This document shows positions 34,500 to 44,234 of a stretch of DNA of 62,037 nt, one piece after another; positions within the stretch are counted from its first letter, which is position 1, and every line of letters starts with the position of its first letter. Position numbers and translations under genes: made by a program. The notes beneath the pieces were generated by a model. That model was given only the letters and a program-made list of their open reading frames with translations, ran no database searches and was not told where the DNA came from. The stretch comes from a virus (taxonomy: Duplodnaviria; Caudoviricetes). The stretch covers positions 1 through 62,037 of the IMG/VR virus record IMGVR_UViG_3300044946_000086; one strand, 5' to 3'.

Positions 34500-34733
34500 A
34501 TGCAAACCACCCGACACGGCCCAGCCAAGATCACTGACCTCGACGCATTTATGCGGGACAGAGAAAAGCGTCCGCGCAAATACTCGAGAATGCCGCAATG
34601 CAATAAAATCAACCGCCTGAAACGCCGTTACATTCAACATGGGCTAAACGGAACGATAAGCAGCCTGTTCGCGCCGACCAAACTCAAGACGGTGTTCAAG
34701 GTACTGGCGCGAGAAGAAATGGAGGGAACGTGA
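34500..34733 (+). CDS. Hypothetical basic protein
   Basis: Operon context. Confidence 0.45.
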   Translation: MQTTRHGPAKITDLDAFMRDREKRPRKYSRMPQCNKINRLKRRYIQHGLNGTISSLFAPTKLKTVFKVLAREEMEGT

Positions 34734-35095
34734 GCCCGAACACGCAGGCCGCAGTCATCCAACAGCAACGCCGTTGGCCCGGTCTGTCAGAGCAAGAGGC
34801 TCTGGCTGATCTTTGGTCTCATGGAATCAAGGATAACGATACCTATCGTGGATATTACGAGCGCATGGCCAACGCCGAGGATGATGATCACAACGTATTC
34901 AAACACCCAAGCCAATTCAATGGCTGGCACGTCGCTATCTGTGAACTCTACAAACCGAAGGTTTATCGTTTCGAGATAAGCCGTTGGCTAAACAACGGTG
35001 CAGAGAAACGGATTGGTTACTGCAATCAGGATATTCTGCGAGTCGCTATCGAACAGAGGCTCTGCACTAAGCCGAACGGTTTCATGCTGCCATGA
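34730..35095 (+). CDS. Hypothetical protein
   Basis: Coupled overlaps with neighbours. Confidence 0.55.
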   Translation: MSPNTQAAVIQQQRRWPGLSEQEALADLWSHGIKDNDTYRGYYERMANAEDDDHNVFKHPSQFNGWHVAICELYKPKVYRFEISRWLNNGAEKRIGYCNQDILRVAIEQRLCTKPNGFMLP

Positions 35096-35460
35096 GCCAC
35101 GAACTCGACTTCCTTCCAGAGAAATACCAGAAGCAGGTAGCCGCTCAACTTCATGCACATAACCCTCGTCGTAAAATATCGAACCCCAAGTCTGAACGTC
35201 ACCAAGCGGCAGCATTGGACGAAGCAGTTGGCGACCAAGCAGCGTGCGATAGTCGCCCTATCGTTCGCTTTACGCTCCACCGCGTCAAACCCCTTGATCC
35301 AGACAACGCAGCCGGAAGTTGCAAAGACTTGCTCGACGGCCTGCGACACGCTGGACTTATTCCTGGCGACGAAGCATGGCGTATAAGGTTCGAGACTGAG
35401 CAAGAGAAAGTGGCTCACTACACCGACGAGAAAACCGTCATCGAAATCATCACGCCATGA
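35092..35460 (+). CDS. RusA-like Holliday junction resolvase
   Basis: LDPDN....KDLLDGL..AGLIPGD motif. Confidence 0.75.
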   Translation: MSHELDFLPEKYQKQVAAQLHAHNPRRKISNPKSERHQAAALDEAVGDQAACDSRPIVRFTLHRVKPLDPDNAAGSCKDLLDGLRHAGLIPGDEAWRIRFETEQEKVAHYTDEKTVIEIITP

Positions 35461-35515
35461 ATCCGCTTTACTCTGACCGCCCCGGCTGCCAAATAACCAT
35501 AACCCAGCTTACGAA

Positions 35516-35914
35516 ATGAACATCGAACCTGCCTCGTCAGAGTTAGATTTCGTCACGCCAGTCGTAACAGCGCCGCTTCAACCGCCAACCGTCGAAAAGT
35601 TCAAGGGCCGATTGCCAGATTCACCAGCCGAGATTCCAGAGGTAGATATTGACGACGAGGAGCCGAAGGTTGACGGGCGGAAAGGGCATGGCGGTCTATC
35701 GCCGCGCCGCAGGGAAAGTTCTTGGCCAAGGGTCATGGCGATGTACCTGAAAGACAGATTCACTTTTGAACTGCATCGAGGCCCAATTACGCAGGCCCAA
35801 CTTACCGATTTGGTTAATGGCCTAGATTCCAGCATCTGGAATGTTGTGGTTTGGGATAAAATGCCAGATCGCGCAGGCATGTTCAGCATCGAGGATGAGG
35901 CTTTAAATGGATAG
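35516..35914 (+). CDS. Hypothetical protein
   Basis: ORF directly upstream of the helicase. Confidence 0.55.
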   Translation: MNIEPASSELDFVTPVVTAPLQPPTVEKFKGRLPDSPAEIPEVDIDDEEPKVDGRKGHGGLSPRRRESSWPRVMAMYLKDRFTFELHRGPITQAQLTDLVNGLDSSIWNVVVWDKMPDRAGMFSIEDEALNG

Positions 35915-37661
35915 CGAGATAGATTTTTTGGAGGATGAGGCAGAGGAGTTGCCTCCAGAGGTGTCGCTACCGATGCCGAATGGCTTTGCGCTACGCGACT
36001 ATCAACTGCGGTGCCTGATTGCGATTAACGAAGCATGGCGCAATTACAGTCGCGTGCTCGTCGAGATGCCAACCGGCACTGGCAAGACCGTCGTTTTCGC
36101 TCGACTTATAAAAGAGGAGATCGAGTCCGGCGGTCGTGTGCTGCTAATTGCACACACCGATTTTCTGCTTCAGCAGGCCGCTGAAAAGCTGGAGGATGCC
36201 GGCGTTGAATGCGAGAGAGAGAAGGGTGATGAACACGCATCTCTGTCAGCCCGAGTTGTCGTCGCGTCCATTCAGACGATAGCCAAAGACAACCGGCTGA
36301 TGGGTTTTCCTGACGATCACTTCACGCTGGTCGTCGTAGATGAATGTCACCGACAGCTCGCTTTTTCGTACATCAAAGTCTGTTGCTATTTTCATTTCGG
36401 CGAGGCTTCGCTCGACGAGGCATGGGTGATGCCGGAGCCTGGATTCCCGTTCAAATACAAGGCGCGTTGCTGCGGGTTTACGGCCACGAGCGACCGAGGA
36501 GATAAGCGTAGCCTCGGTGAATTTTATCAAAGTTGCGCCTATTCGTTTGGATTGATCGAAGCCTGCCGAGACGGTTATCTCGTGCGTCCAATCGTCAAAA
36601 ATATCCCACTGAAGATAGACCTGAAAGGTGTTCGAATCAGCCGAAGCCAAGGTGGTGCTGATTTTGACAAGATGGAAGTTGCGGCTCGACTCACGCCGTT
36701 ACTTCGAGAACTCGCGGCTCAGATCGCCAAGGAGGCTATCGACAGAAAGGTGATCGTCTTTGTCCCGTCAGTCGATTCAGCGCAGCGTATGGCCGAGGCT
36801 GCCGCTGAAGTCGGGTTTCACGCGAGCTATGTTTCCGGTGCCTGCCAAGATCAGGACGCCAAGATCAAGGCGTTCAAGGCTGCTGGGCCGGGAACGCTGA
36901 TCGCCAATGCGATGCTACTCATCGAGGGATTCGATGCGCCTGATGTGTCCTGCATCTGCGTGCTTCGTCCGACAAAGATCAGAAGTCTTTACGTCCAGTG
37001 CTGCGGGCGCGGTTCCCGTCCACTCACAGGCACGCTGGACGGGCTTAATACCGCCTCGGAGCGTCTTGCGGCTATCGCAGCCAGCGGAAAAAAGGACATG
37101 CTTATTTTAGACCCACTCTGGCTGTCAGACCGCCTCGACCTAATCCACCCGATCGACCTTGTAGCCACACGCGCCGAGGTCAGGCAGAAGATGGCCGAGG
37201 CTATTGAATCCGGCGCGACGACCGACCTACTGAGCCTCGAGGCCACCGCCACCCGCGACCTGATGAAAAGCCTCGAGGCGGCGGCAAGGAAGCACGCCAA
37301 CAAGCAGGCCAGGGTGATCGATCCTCTGAGTTGGGCGGTGAGCTTGGGCGATGCTGCGCTGGGCTCATTCGAGCCTCAGACGGCATGGGATGAACTTCCG
37401 GCGACGGTTGGCCAGCTCGATTTTATAAAAAAGCAGCACATCGACACGACGCATATCGTCTTCCGAGGCCATGCGAATAAAATCATCGCACGGTTACTCG
37501 CTAGGATGAAGACCGGCCTTGCTACGCCTTTGCAGTTGAACTTCCTTCGCCAACTCCAAGTGCCTGAAGAAAAGGCTATGACGATGACGATCAAGGAAGC
37601 GTCAGCCGCCTGCGACGCCATACTGAAAGAGAAACAAGCCCGTCGTGCCATCCCCGCATGA
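35907..37661 (+). CDS. Superfamily 2 DEAD/DEAH-box helicase
   Basis: LRDYQ, MPTGTGKT, DECH, TAT, EGFDAP and QCCGRGSR motifs. Confidence 0.92.
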   Translation: MDSEIDFLEDEAEELPPEVSLPMPNGFALRDYQLRCLIAINEAWRNYSRVLVEMPTGTGKTVVFARLIKEEIESGGRVLLIAHTDFLLQQAAEKLEDAGVECEREKGDEHASLSARVVVASIQTIAKDNRLMGFPDDHFTLVVVDECHRQLAFSYIKVCCYFHFGEASLDEAWVMPEPGFPFKYKARCCGFTATSDRGDKRSLGEFYQSCAYSFGLIEACRDGYLVRPIVKNIPLKIDLKGVRISRSQGGADFDKMEVAARLTPLLRELAAQIAKEAIDRKVIVFVPSVDSAQRMAEAAAEVGFHASYVSGACQDQDAKIKAFKAAGPGTLIANAMLLIEGFDAPDVSCICVLRPTKIRSLYVQCCGRGSRPLTGTLDGLNTASERLAAIAASGKKDMLILDPLWLSDRLDLIHPIDLVATRAEVRQKMAEAIESGATTDLLSLEATATRDLMKSLEAAARKHANKQARVIDPLSWAVSLGDAALGSFEPQTAWDELPATVGQLDFIKKQHIDTTHIVFRGHANKIIARLLARMKTGLATPLQLNFLRQLQVPEEKAMTMTIKEASAACDAILKEKQARRAIPA

Positions 37662-37920
37662 ACGAACCGCAACCAGCCTGCTACACGGCGGAGACCATTC
37701 TGCGCGATGGATACCTGCTGGCCGTAAAATACGACGCGCCTGCCGAGACTCAGGAGCGGCTGGCTGCGGCTCACAGAACCGTGGTGAATGGTAGGGAAGA
37801 ACCCCATCGCATTCAGCACACCGAAGGCGCATTATGCGGAAATGAATCACTCTCCTTATCCAACGTCACCTAAACCGCTAAGGCTGCATATTGGGGGTCA
37901 ACACAAGCGGGAGACAACTT

Positions 37921-37950
37921 GAGCCGGGGTGCGGGGGCATCCCGGCTCTT
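37921..37950. terminator. Terminator hairpin between the convergent early and late arms
   Basis: GAGCCGGG-GTGC-GGGG-GCAT-CCCGGCTC followed by TTTGCTTTT. Confidence 0.7.
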
Positions 37951-37955
37951 TGCTT

Positions 37956-38237
37956 TTATGGAATAGTCGCTATCGATTTACCGTGAGGCTGACCGCCCTG
38001 CTCCCGAACCAGCCATGCCACATCCGCCTGCATCTGGTGCTGCGCTTCTTTAAGCTCAAAAATCTGCGTTTGGAAAGACTCCAGCTTCGCCTGCAAATTC
38101 GTGGCCCACACTCCGCAGGTAAAAGCCCCGCTGAGGCCGGCAATGACGACAGCCCAAGACATCCACGCCCCCTTGCCTTTGATGCGGAATGGCACGCCGG
38201 TATTGTCATCTTGGCGCTGCCAATGTTTCGGGGGCAT
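37956..38237 (-). CDS. Single-TM coiled-coil protein (lysis accessory)
   Basis: One transmembrane segment followed by a coiled coil; last gene of the late operon. Confidence 0.55.
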   Translation of the reverse strand: MPPKHWQRQDDNTGVPFRIKGKGAWMSWAVVIAGLSGAFTCGVWATNLQAKLESFQTQIFELKEAQHQMQADVAWLVREQGGQPHGKSIATIP

Positions 38238-38246
38238 AGTATTATT

Positions 38247-38864
38247 TTAGACTAACGCTTGGTTGATCGCCGCCTCGTAGTTTGCGAAGATGTGGTGAAG
38301 GCGCACGCTCAAAATCGGCACATCGGACGGCGCAGGCAGATGGATCGTTTGTGGGACGTCAGGATACATCGGTGCAGCCAGCGGCACAATATCACCATCC
38401 ACCCAGTAGGCTGCGGCAATCTGTGCCTTGGCCAATACGTCCGCGCCCACCAGCTTCGGACAGGCGTAGAGTATGGCTGGGAGGCTGAGCATGGCTGAAA
38501 GCGTGATCGCGAGCGGACCACCCCGGCTATGTCCAGTCACGCGGGCAATAGAATAGGAGTCTAATGGTTTCCCTGATACCCACCGCCAGCTCTTGGCCGT
38601 CTGCCAGATGCCGCGAGCCATGACCCCCAGCGGGGTGTCGATCTGAAAGAAGTCGAAGTCCAAAATCCATTCAGCGGCGTCACGCGTGCCCGCAATAGCT
38701 AGAGTCAATGACCCGTCTGGCTGGCCCACCAACGCGCCGTAGGGCATCGGCCCGTCAATATCGTCGCCAAAGAGGGTGTCCACCAGTCCCGAAACCGTTC
38801 CGGCCACAGGAAGGGCATAGGCCGCTTCCTGAGCTGGAAAGAAAGGTCTCGGGTCGAAGAGCAT
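38247..38864 (-). CDS. Class-3 lipase (alpha/beta hydrolase)
   Basis: AIAGTR...EWILD lid, TGHSRGG nucleophile elbow, DIVP and a C-terminal His. Confidence 0.85.
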   Translation of the reverse strand: MLFDPRPFFPAQEAAYALPVAGTVSGLVDTLFGDDIDGPMPYGALVGQPDGSLTLAIAGTRDAAEWILDFDFFQIDTPLGVMARGIWQTAKSWRWVSGKPLDSYSIARVTGHSRGGPLAITLSAMLSLPAILYACPKLVGADVLAKAQIAAAYWVDGDIVPLAAPMYPDVPQTIHLPAPSDVPILSVRLHHIFANYEAAINQALV

Positions 38865-38866
38865 TA

Positions 38867-39346
38867 TTAGGGAACCAGCGAGGGATTAGCTTGCGCGACA
38901 GCGATGGCGGCATTGATGCCGGCCACAATGTCCTTCAGCTGGCTCCACTCTGCGCCTTGGATGAGCGTTGGAGAGGCTCCGGCGTTCACCTTGGCCACAT
39001 CACCGTTGATAGCGTCGATCACGCTCACGACGGTCAAATCAACCTTGGCGTTTACCAAGTGTGCGACGTAACCGGCGAGAATGGAGTTGTCGGCGGGCGT
39101 GAGCGCCACACCAGAAGCCACGCCCGGCAAGTCTGCGGCGAGCTGCTGAAGCTGAGGAACGGTCGCCAGCTTGTTTTGGATGGCGTAGGATGCGCCGATC
39201 TCGGCCCCGTTGGTCAGGGCATCTGCGGACACGACAGCGGTGATCTGTGCCCCGGTGCAGCCAGAAAGGATGACAACGAGTGCTAGCAGTGGAAGCAAAA
39301 GCGCAGCGTAAAGAGCCGTGCCGATATTGTAACGGATGTTTTTCAT
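38867..39346 (-). CDS. Lipoprotein
   Basis: Signal peptide with lipobox ILSG-C. Confidence 0.7.
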   Translation of the reverse strand: MKNIRYNIGTALYAALLLPLLALVVILSGCTGAQITAVVSADALTNGAEIGASYAIQNKLATVPQLQQLAADLPGVASGVALTPADNSILAGYVAHLVNAKVDLTVVSVIDAINGDVAKVNAGASPTLIQGAEWSQLKDIVAGINAAIAVAQANPSLVP

Positions 39347-39540
39347 GGTTGTTTTGTGGGAGGAGTTGGCGGAGGTGTCGAATCTTTAAGAAGCTGATTT
39401 CCTACGTTGACGAGAAGCGCGATCACGATGCCCACCCAGGCGGGGACGTGGTCGTTTGCGGCTAACTGCGGGATGGCGGCCTGCGCCATACCAAGGATGG
39501 CCACTGATTCTGCGATGGCGTTGCGGATTTTTGGGTTCAT
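39343..39540 (-). CDS. Putative holin
   Basis: 65 aa with two hydrophobic segments; directly downstream of the tail genes. Confidence 0.6.
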   Translation of the reverse strand: MNPKIRNAIAESVAILGMAQAAIPQLAANDHVPAWVGIVIALLVNVGNQLLKDSTPPPTPPTKQP

Positions 39541-39585
39541 ATCTATGATTTGGTTTTCGGTCTCAAAAAAGCGATTTGTTCTACT

Positions 39586-41475
39586 TTAGTCAGCGAACCA
39601 GGTCCATGTTGGCGGGGCAGAGTAAGTCAGTGTAATAGACGATCCAACCTTCAACCTGAATCCCCCTGATGTCAGCCCGGTTGCGGTGCCACTCACTTTC
39701 ACGATAGTCACTGTGCCCCCCGTCAGGTAAACTGTCACATCAAACGGAAATGGGTTAACGAGGGTCACAGTTGTGGCGGGCACTGATGGCGCAACTAACA
39801 CACCGAAAGGATTAATTCCAATGCAGTCGCGAATGACGACGGTAGGGCCATAAGTGGAAAGGACGGATTGGTTGTTTAAAGGGGTTCCAGAACCAGAGCA
39901 ATCGAGATTATTTACGACAACACTATTGGGAAATGCAGCCGTTCCAAGGGTCAGGCCCTTCGTTGTTGTTGCTGCCCCAACATTTATTTTCACTCTTCCC
40001 GGTGAACTAGCCGCATCATTTTGCAGGAGGTATCCGTACTGCCCGATGTCTGCCAAGCAGTTATTGAACGAGATCAAGTCTATGTTGCAGGTGGCGCCCA
40101 AGTGGAATGCTGCACCGCCTGTCGCGCCGGCGATACCGCGCACATTAGAGAACTCGACATCATACCCCGCACCGTTCAGTAAAACCCCGTCGCCTGTGGC
40201 TCCGTTTACGCCACCGGCAACCCACCCGGTATTGAACACGATCCGGTTACAAACTGCCCCGCCAGTGGCATTGAACACAATGCCATTATTCATCTGATCG
40301 ACAACGAAGTTTGAAAAATAGTAGTCGCTACAAGCTCCACCCGCCGTGGGCTGAAGGCTCATTCCGGTGTCGAAAGAATTAACCAGGAAGTTTGAAAAAA
40401 CAACGGTGTCTTGGACCACGCTAATAGGGAAACGAATACCAATCGACCCCGTGACAACGGGATTTGACCCTACAAGCGCGAATCCGTTTCCGTAAATCAA
40501 AGATGTGGAAGTTTGGAGATCGAGCCCGATGCTCGCTCCAGCCACGGTGATATTCGTATTATTACCAAGGAAATAATGCAGCGCAGACGTTCCGGTCAGC
40601 CCAACGCCATTCCATGAGGTGCGTATGTTTACGTTGCCGGCCACGAATGATTCCGTTCCCCCGTTGATGTTAACTACGTAGCCCGATGAACGCACGCCTG
40701 AGTCAGTTAGGCTAATATTTGTGACCCCCTGCTGCCCTCCCGCAGCAGTAAGCTTGATGCAGTCACCCGTGGTGCCGGTGAATTTTATCGTTCCTCCACC
40801 ATAACCTGAAACGACCTGATTTGACTGCGTCAAAAGGATCGGGCCGCTGGCTGTCTGGTTATAAAGGAAAGTGCCAAGAGGGAAATTAATCGAGCCCCCA
40901 GGTGTAAGTGAATTTGCGTAGGCGACGAGATTCAAAATCGCCGCAGAGTCATCGGTAGAGTTGTCGCCCCGACAGCCAAACCAGTAGGCGTTGACCGCTC
41001 CCGAGTAAGAAAGAATCCACCTTCCAGATCCCGCGTTTGGCGCGATAATTGTCCCGCCATTGTCCGTGGAGCTACTCGCCGAATTGTAGACGTAGGTGCG
41101 CGTGCCTGCGGCATCGCCTGCGGAATAGTAGCCAAGGACGTTCTCCGCATACCCCGTAGAAATACCACTCACAGGCAGTGCCTTCAATGCAGCAATCGTC
41201 GAACATGATGGCATCAAGATACCCATTGCCGGAAGGGTTACGCCGCCGTTAAGATCGATTGTACCAGCACTGAAGTTCCATATTCCTGTTCCATTATCAG
41301 TTCCGTTCATCACCTCAATTCCGTTCATCGCAAATGTCTGAGCTGATGGAATGCTAATTTGTCCTGTCAGTGCGTTCGTTCCATCGCTCTTTTTCTGGAC
41401 ATTGGTATATACGGTCTGCGCTATGCATGAAGCGGACAATAACAATACCTGTAGAAATAAAATAATGCGTTTCAT
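39586..41475 (-). CDS. Tailspike-like beta-helix (pectate_lyase_3) protein with signal peptide
   Basis: Tailspike N-domain TIAALKAL...GYYSAGD...DNGGTII...GRW; VNAYWFGCRGDNSTDDSAAI; N-terminus MKRIILFLQVLLLSASCIA. Confidence 0.8.
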   Translation of the reverse strand: MKRIILFLQVLLLSASCIAQTVYTNVQKKSDGTNALTGQISIPSAQTFAMNGIEVMNGTDNGTGIWNFSAGTIDLNGGVTLPAMGILMPSCSTIAALKALPVSGISTGYAENVLGYYSAGDAAGTRTYVYNSASSSTDNGGTIIAPNAGSGRWILSYSGAVNAYWFGCRGDNSTDDSAAILNLVAYANSLTPGGSINFPLGTFLYNQTASGPILLTQSNQVVSGYGGGTIKFTGTTGDCIKLTAAGGQQGVTNISLTDSGVRSSGYVVNINGGTESFVAGNVNIRTSWNGVGLTGTSALHYFLGNNTNITVAGASIGLDLQTSTSLIYGNGFALVGSNPVVTGSIGIRFPISVVQDTVVFSNFLVNSFDTGMSLQPTAGGACSDYYFSNFVVDQMNNGIVFNATGGAVCNRIVFNTGWVAGGVNGATGDGVLLNGAGYDVEFSNVRGIAGATGGAAFHLGATCNIDLISFNNCLADIGQYGYLLQNDAASSPGRVKINVGAATTTKGLTLGTAAFPNSVVVNNLDCSGSGTPLNNQSVLSTYGPTVVIRDCIGINPFGVLVAPSVPATTVTLVNPFPFDVTVYLTGGTVTIVKVSGTATGLTSGGFRLKVGSSITLTYSAPPTWTWFAD

Positions 41476-41484
41476 TGGTAAATT

Positions 41485-41889
41485 TTAGGCTGGTACTTGA
41501 GCGCGAAGCGGCTGCCAGACAGATGAAGCATTGAAGTAAACTTCAAATGTCGCGGCAGCACTTATTCCGTCTGTGTTGTACGAGAAAAGTAGAGGGCCAC
41601 CTATCGTGCCAGAAGTAATGTTTATTGTTATTCCAGCTGTTGCCGGAAGTTCAGCGCGGATCACGCATCGATCACCTGCGGTGCGATTGATGGTATCTAC
41701 AAAAACGATGCGCGTACTAGCAGTACCACCAAACGTGATGTCTTCAGTATGAAGTCCTGAACCCGGAGAGACCTCAGAGTTTCCGCCGTTATTGGTCTGT
41801 GAATTAAAGGAGGTTTCCATAATCGGCGGTGGAAATGGTGATGGCCCCGGAGGCGGATTGTAAACGGCGGGGCCGGATCGGGTTTTCAT
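41485..41889 (-). CDS. Tail-associated beta-rich protein
   Basis: Located among the fibre genes. Confidence 0.5.
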   Translation of the reverse strand: MKTRSGPAVYNPPPGPSPFPPPIMETSFNSQTNNGGNSEVSPGSGLHTEDITFGGTASTRIVFVDTINRTAGDRCVIRAELPATAGITINITSGTIGGPLLFSYNTDGISAAATFEVYFNASSVWQPLRAQVPA

Positions 41890-41891
41890 GT

Positions 41892-43445
41892 TTAGTTCCC
41901 ATTAGATGTTCCGTTTCCGAACTTGAAGCAATTCAAAATAGCGGCAGCTACGGGTGCGGCGGCGTACTGCAACGCCCCGATGTCCCATGCGGCGGAAGGT
42001 GGGCGAGTCACGCCAGCGAAGTCCATCGTGAAGAAGGACGATAGATTAACCCCTGCGGAGATCGCGGCACTGGTCGGCTGCGGGACATAACTACCGTTGA
42101 GATTCGGGTTTCCGTTGGTTCCATGTGTATCGAACCCGTCGGACTGCCACTGCGCAAACGTCTGCGGGTTTGAACCGCCGCTGGACGACCACGAATACGC
42201 CTGCCCGGAGTTCAGGTTATAGCCCAGATTGTAATCCGCCGTGGCCGTGTAAAGGTTAACGTGAAAAAACGCGATGGCCGTCCCATCCCCAGAGAATAGA
42301 TTATTCTTTAGTAACACCGTCCCAGAGGTTCCGCTAAGAGCATCTATATCTACGCCAATTCCTGAAGAATTATAACCAATTGAGGTGTTATTGTAGTAAT
42401 TCAAAGTCGTGCCTGTACCATACTTGTTGTCAAAATATATGTTACCGTTGTTAGGATTTCCGGTTGAATCCGCTAAAAATATGTTGTTATAGATCGTGAA
42501 AGTTCCGAGAAGATCGCCTGAAAGGAAGATATGAGCAGTAGCATTGGTTCCAGCACCGGGGCCTATCTGGTTATCATAGATCGTCGCCCCGGTGATGCCC
42601 CCGCCAGATTCAGCGTATCCATAAAATCCGTTGTGATGGTAAAGGTTCGATACCGAATCATCCCAATTAGAGAAATTATAAAATAGGTTATGGTGGATTG
42701 TTGCCCCGGTGAGGTTCTGTCCAGAGGTTCCTGCGTCCCCGAACGAAGATCCCCAGTTGCAATTATAGGCCGTGCAATAAGACACTTCCCAAGTCGTGCA
42801 CGCGCTCCCTCGGTAGGCGGCGGCGACACCAGTATTCATGTCATGGAACACGCAATTTGTGACCTTTAGGTTGGTCAGGTTTCCTGAACTGTTTAGCACA
42901 TAAATACCGCTGCTGCTGGAAGCACCTGCGCTTTCATCAGTCGAAGAATTTCTGACGTATAGGTTTCGGATTACCAACCCTTGGATCGTCAGGTTGTTGC
43001 AGTCGGTTGCAGCAATTGCATTCGTAACTGCGGTATTGGCCAACCCCGTCCCATTAGCCGTGTTTTGGATGTACCCGTTGGTCGTTCCAGCCGCGCCCGG
43101 GCCTCCGATAGTACCGGTCGCACCACCATCAATCGTGATGTAGTTATTATTTGCGAGAGTGAAAGCGGAGTTCCAAACCGTCGTGCTCATGGACGCACCT
43201 GATGCGAAGAGGTAGGTAATCGGGTTGCCGGATGCTCCGCTACCATTGACCGTGATGCCACTGGTGATCGCCCCATTCAGGCTCACTGTATCACCGGCAG
43301 CTGGCATATGTCCATTGAGGGTTGTGATGCTCGCGGCATTGCCTATGGAGCTGCCATTGCCAGACCCAGCACCGGATTGGGTGACGTAGTACGTGGCAGC
43401 GGTTAGGCGCACCGTCAAAATAAGGCTTAAAATAAAATACCTCAT
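41892..43445 (-). CDS. Secreted-type right-handed beta-helix protein with choice-of-anchor-Q-like C-terminus
   Basis: Signal peptide then ATYYV..SG.G...G; parallel beta-helix repeats; DFAGVTRP...WDIGALQY. Confidence 0.75.
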   Translation of the reverse strand: MRYFILSLILTVRLTAATYYVTQSGAGSGNGSSIGNAASITTLNGHMPAAGDTVSLNGAITSGITVNGSGASGNPITYLFASGASMSTTVWNSAFTLANNNYITIDGGATGTIGGPGAAGTTNGYIQNTANGTGLANTAVTNAIAATDCNNLTIQGLVIRNLYVRNSSTDESAGASSSSGIYVLNSSGNLTNLKVTNCVFHDMNTGVAAAYRGSACTTWEVSYCTAYNCNWGSSFGDAGTSGQNLTGATIHHNLFYNFSNWDDSVSNLYHHNGFYGYAESGGGITGATIYDNQIGPGAGTNATAHIFLSGDLLGTFTIYNNIFLADSTGNPNNGNIYFDNKYGTGTTLNYYNNTSIGYNSSGIGVDIDALSGTSGTVLLKNNLFSGDGTAIAFFHVNLYTATADYNLGYNLNSGQAYSWSSSGGSNPQTFAQWQSDGFDTHGTNGNPNLNGSYVPQPTSAAISAGVNLSSFFTMDFAGVTRPPSAAWDIGALQYAAAPVAAAILNCFKFGNGTSNGN

Positions 43446-44230
43446 TGGAAATTTGTATAAGCGTATCCTGCTCCGCCGTTGTAGAGAGTCGCGATACTGG
43501 TAGTGCCGGTTAATGGCAATGCCCGACCAACCCAGTACCCTACTTGGCCAATTGAGCCATTGTAGGATGCAGTCCCAGTAGCATCCTGAAACACTTCAAA
43601 GTTACCGATTCCGGAGAATAATGTCGTGCTCCATGCCGTAGTCGCGAAAGCGCCGCCATCAAAACTGATCTTTATATTGGATCCGTCCCACTCGGCCACA
43701 ATCAAATGAAAAGTGGTCGTATCTGTAAATGCTGTGGAAGCTGTAACGGATGTACTGGTTGTTCCATTTGCACTTACCTGCAACACTGCCTTAGAAGACG
43801 GGGCATCCCAATAAATAAGCCATTCGATAGAAGTAGGATTGCCTCCCTTTTCTGCAAAAGTAGGATAGGCAGCTTGTGTCAAGCTGGCAGCTTTAGTCCA
43901 AAAAGCTACTGTGAAACTATTGGAACCGGGGCTGAATGAGCCTACGCTAGCCAATGTAAAATTATTACCCGGAGCTCCGTTGCTCGTTCTACAATTTGTT
44001 ACTATGCCAGCGGACGAACCAATCGTTCCATTCAGTGTCATATTGTGCGCAGCGAATATGTCGGTTGCGCCAGACCCCGCCGAATCGTCCATGTTGTAAA
44101 AAGCCACCAAGTTCGTCTTGAAATTGTTGGATGCAGCCGTTGTATACGCCGTCAGCAAGCATTGCTGCGCCGCTCCACCAAAGGCCAGAGAAGCGAAAAA
44201 TAGACCTGCGAAAAATATCAGTTTTTTCAT
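43442..44230 (-). CDS. LamG/concanavalin-A-like lectin domain protein with signal peptide
   Basis: LVAFYNMDD...FTVAFW...FHLIVAEWDG...YNGSIGQV...LYN. Confidence 0.75.
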   Translation of the reverse strand: MKKLIFFAGLFFASLAFGGAAQQCLLTAYTTAASNNFKTNLVAFYNMDDSAGSGATDIFAAHNMTLNGTIGSSAGIVTNCRTSNGAPGNNFTLASVGSFSPGSNSFTVAFWTKAASLTQAAYPTFAEKGGNPTSIEWLIYWDAPSSKAVLQVSANGTTSTSVTASTAFTDTTTFHLIVAEWDGSNIKISFDGGAFATTAWSTTLFSGIGNFEVFQDATGTASYNGSIGQVGYWVGRALPLTGTTSIATLYNGGAGYAYTNFQ

Positions 44231-44234
44231 GAGA

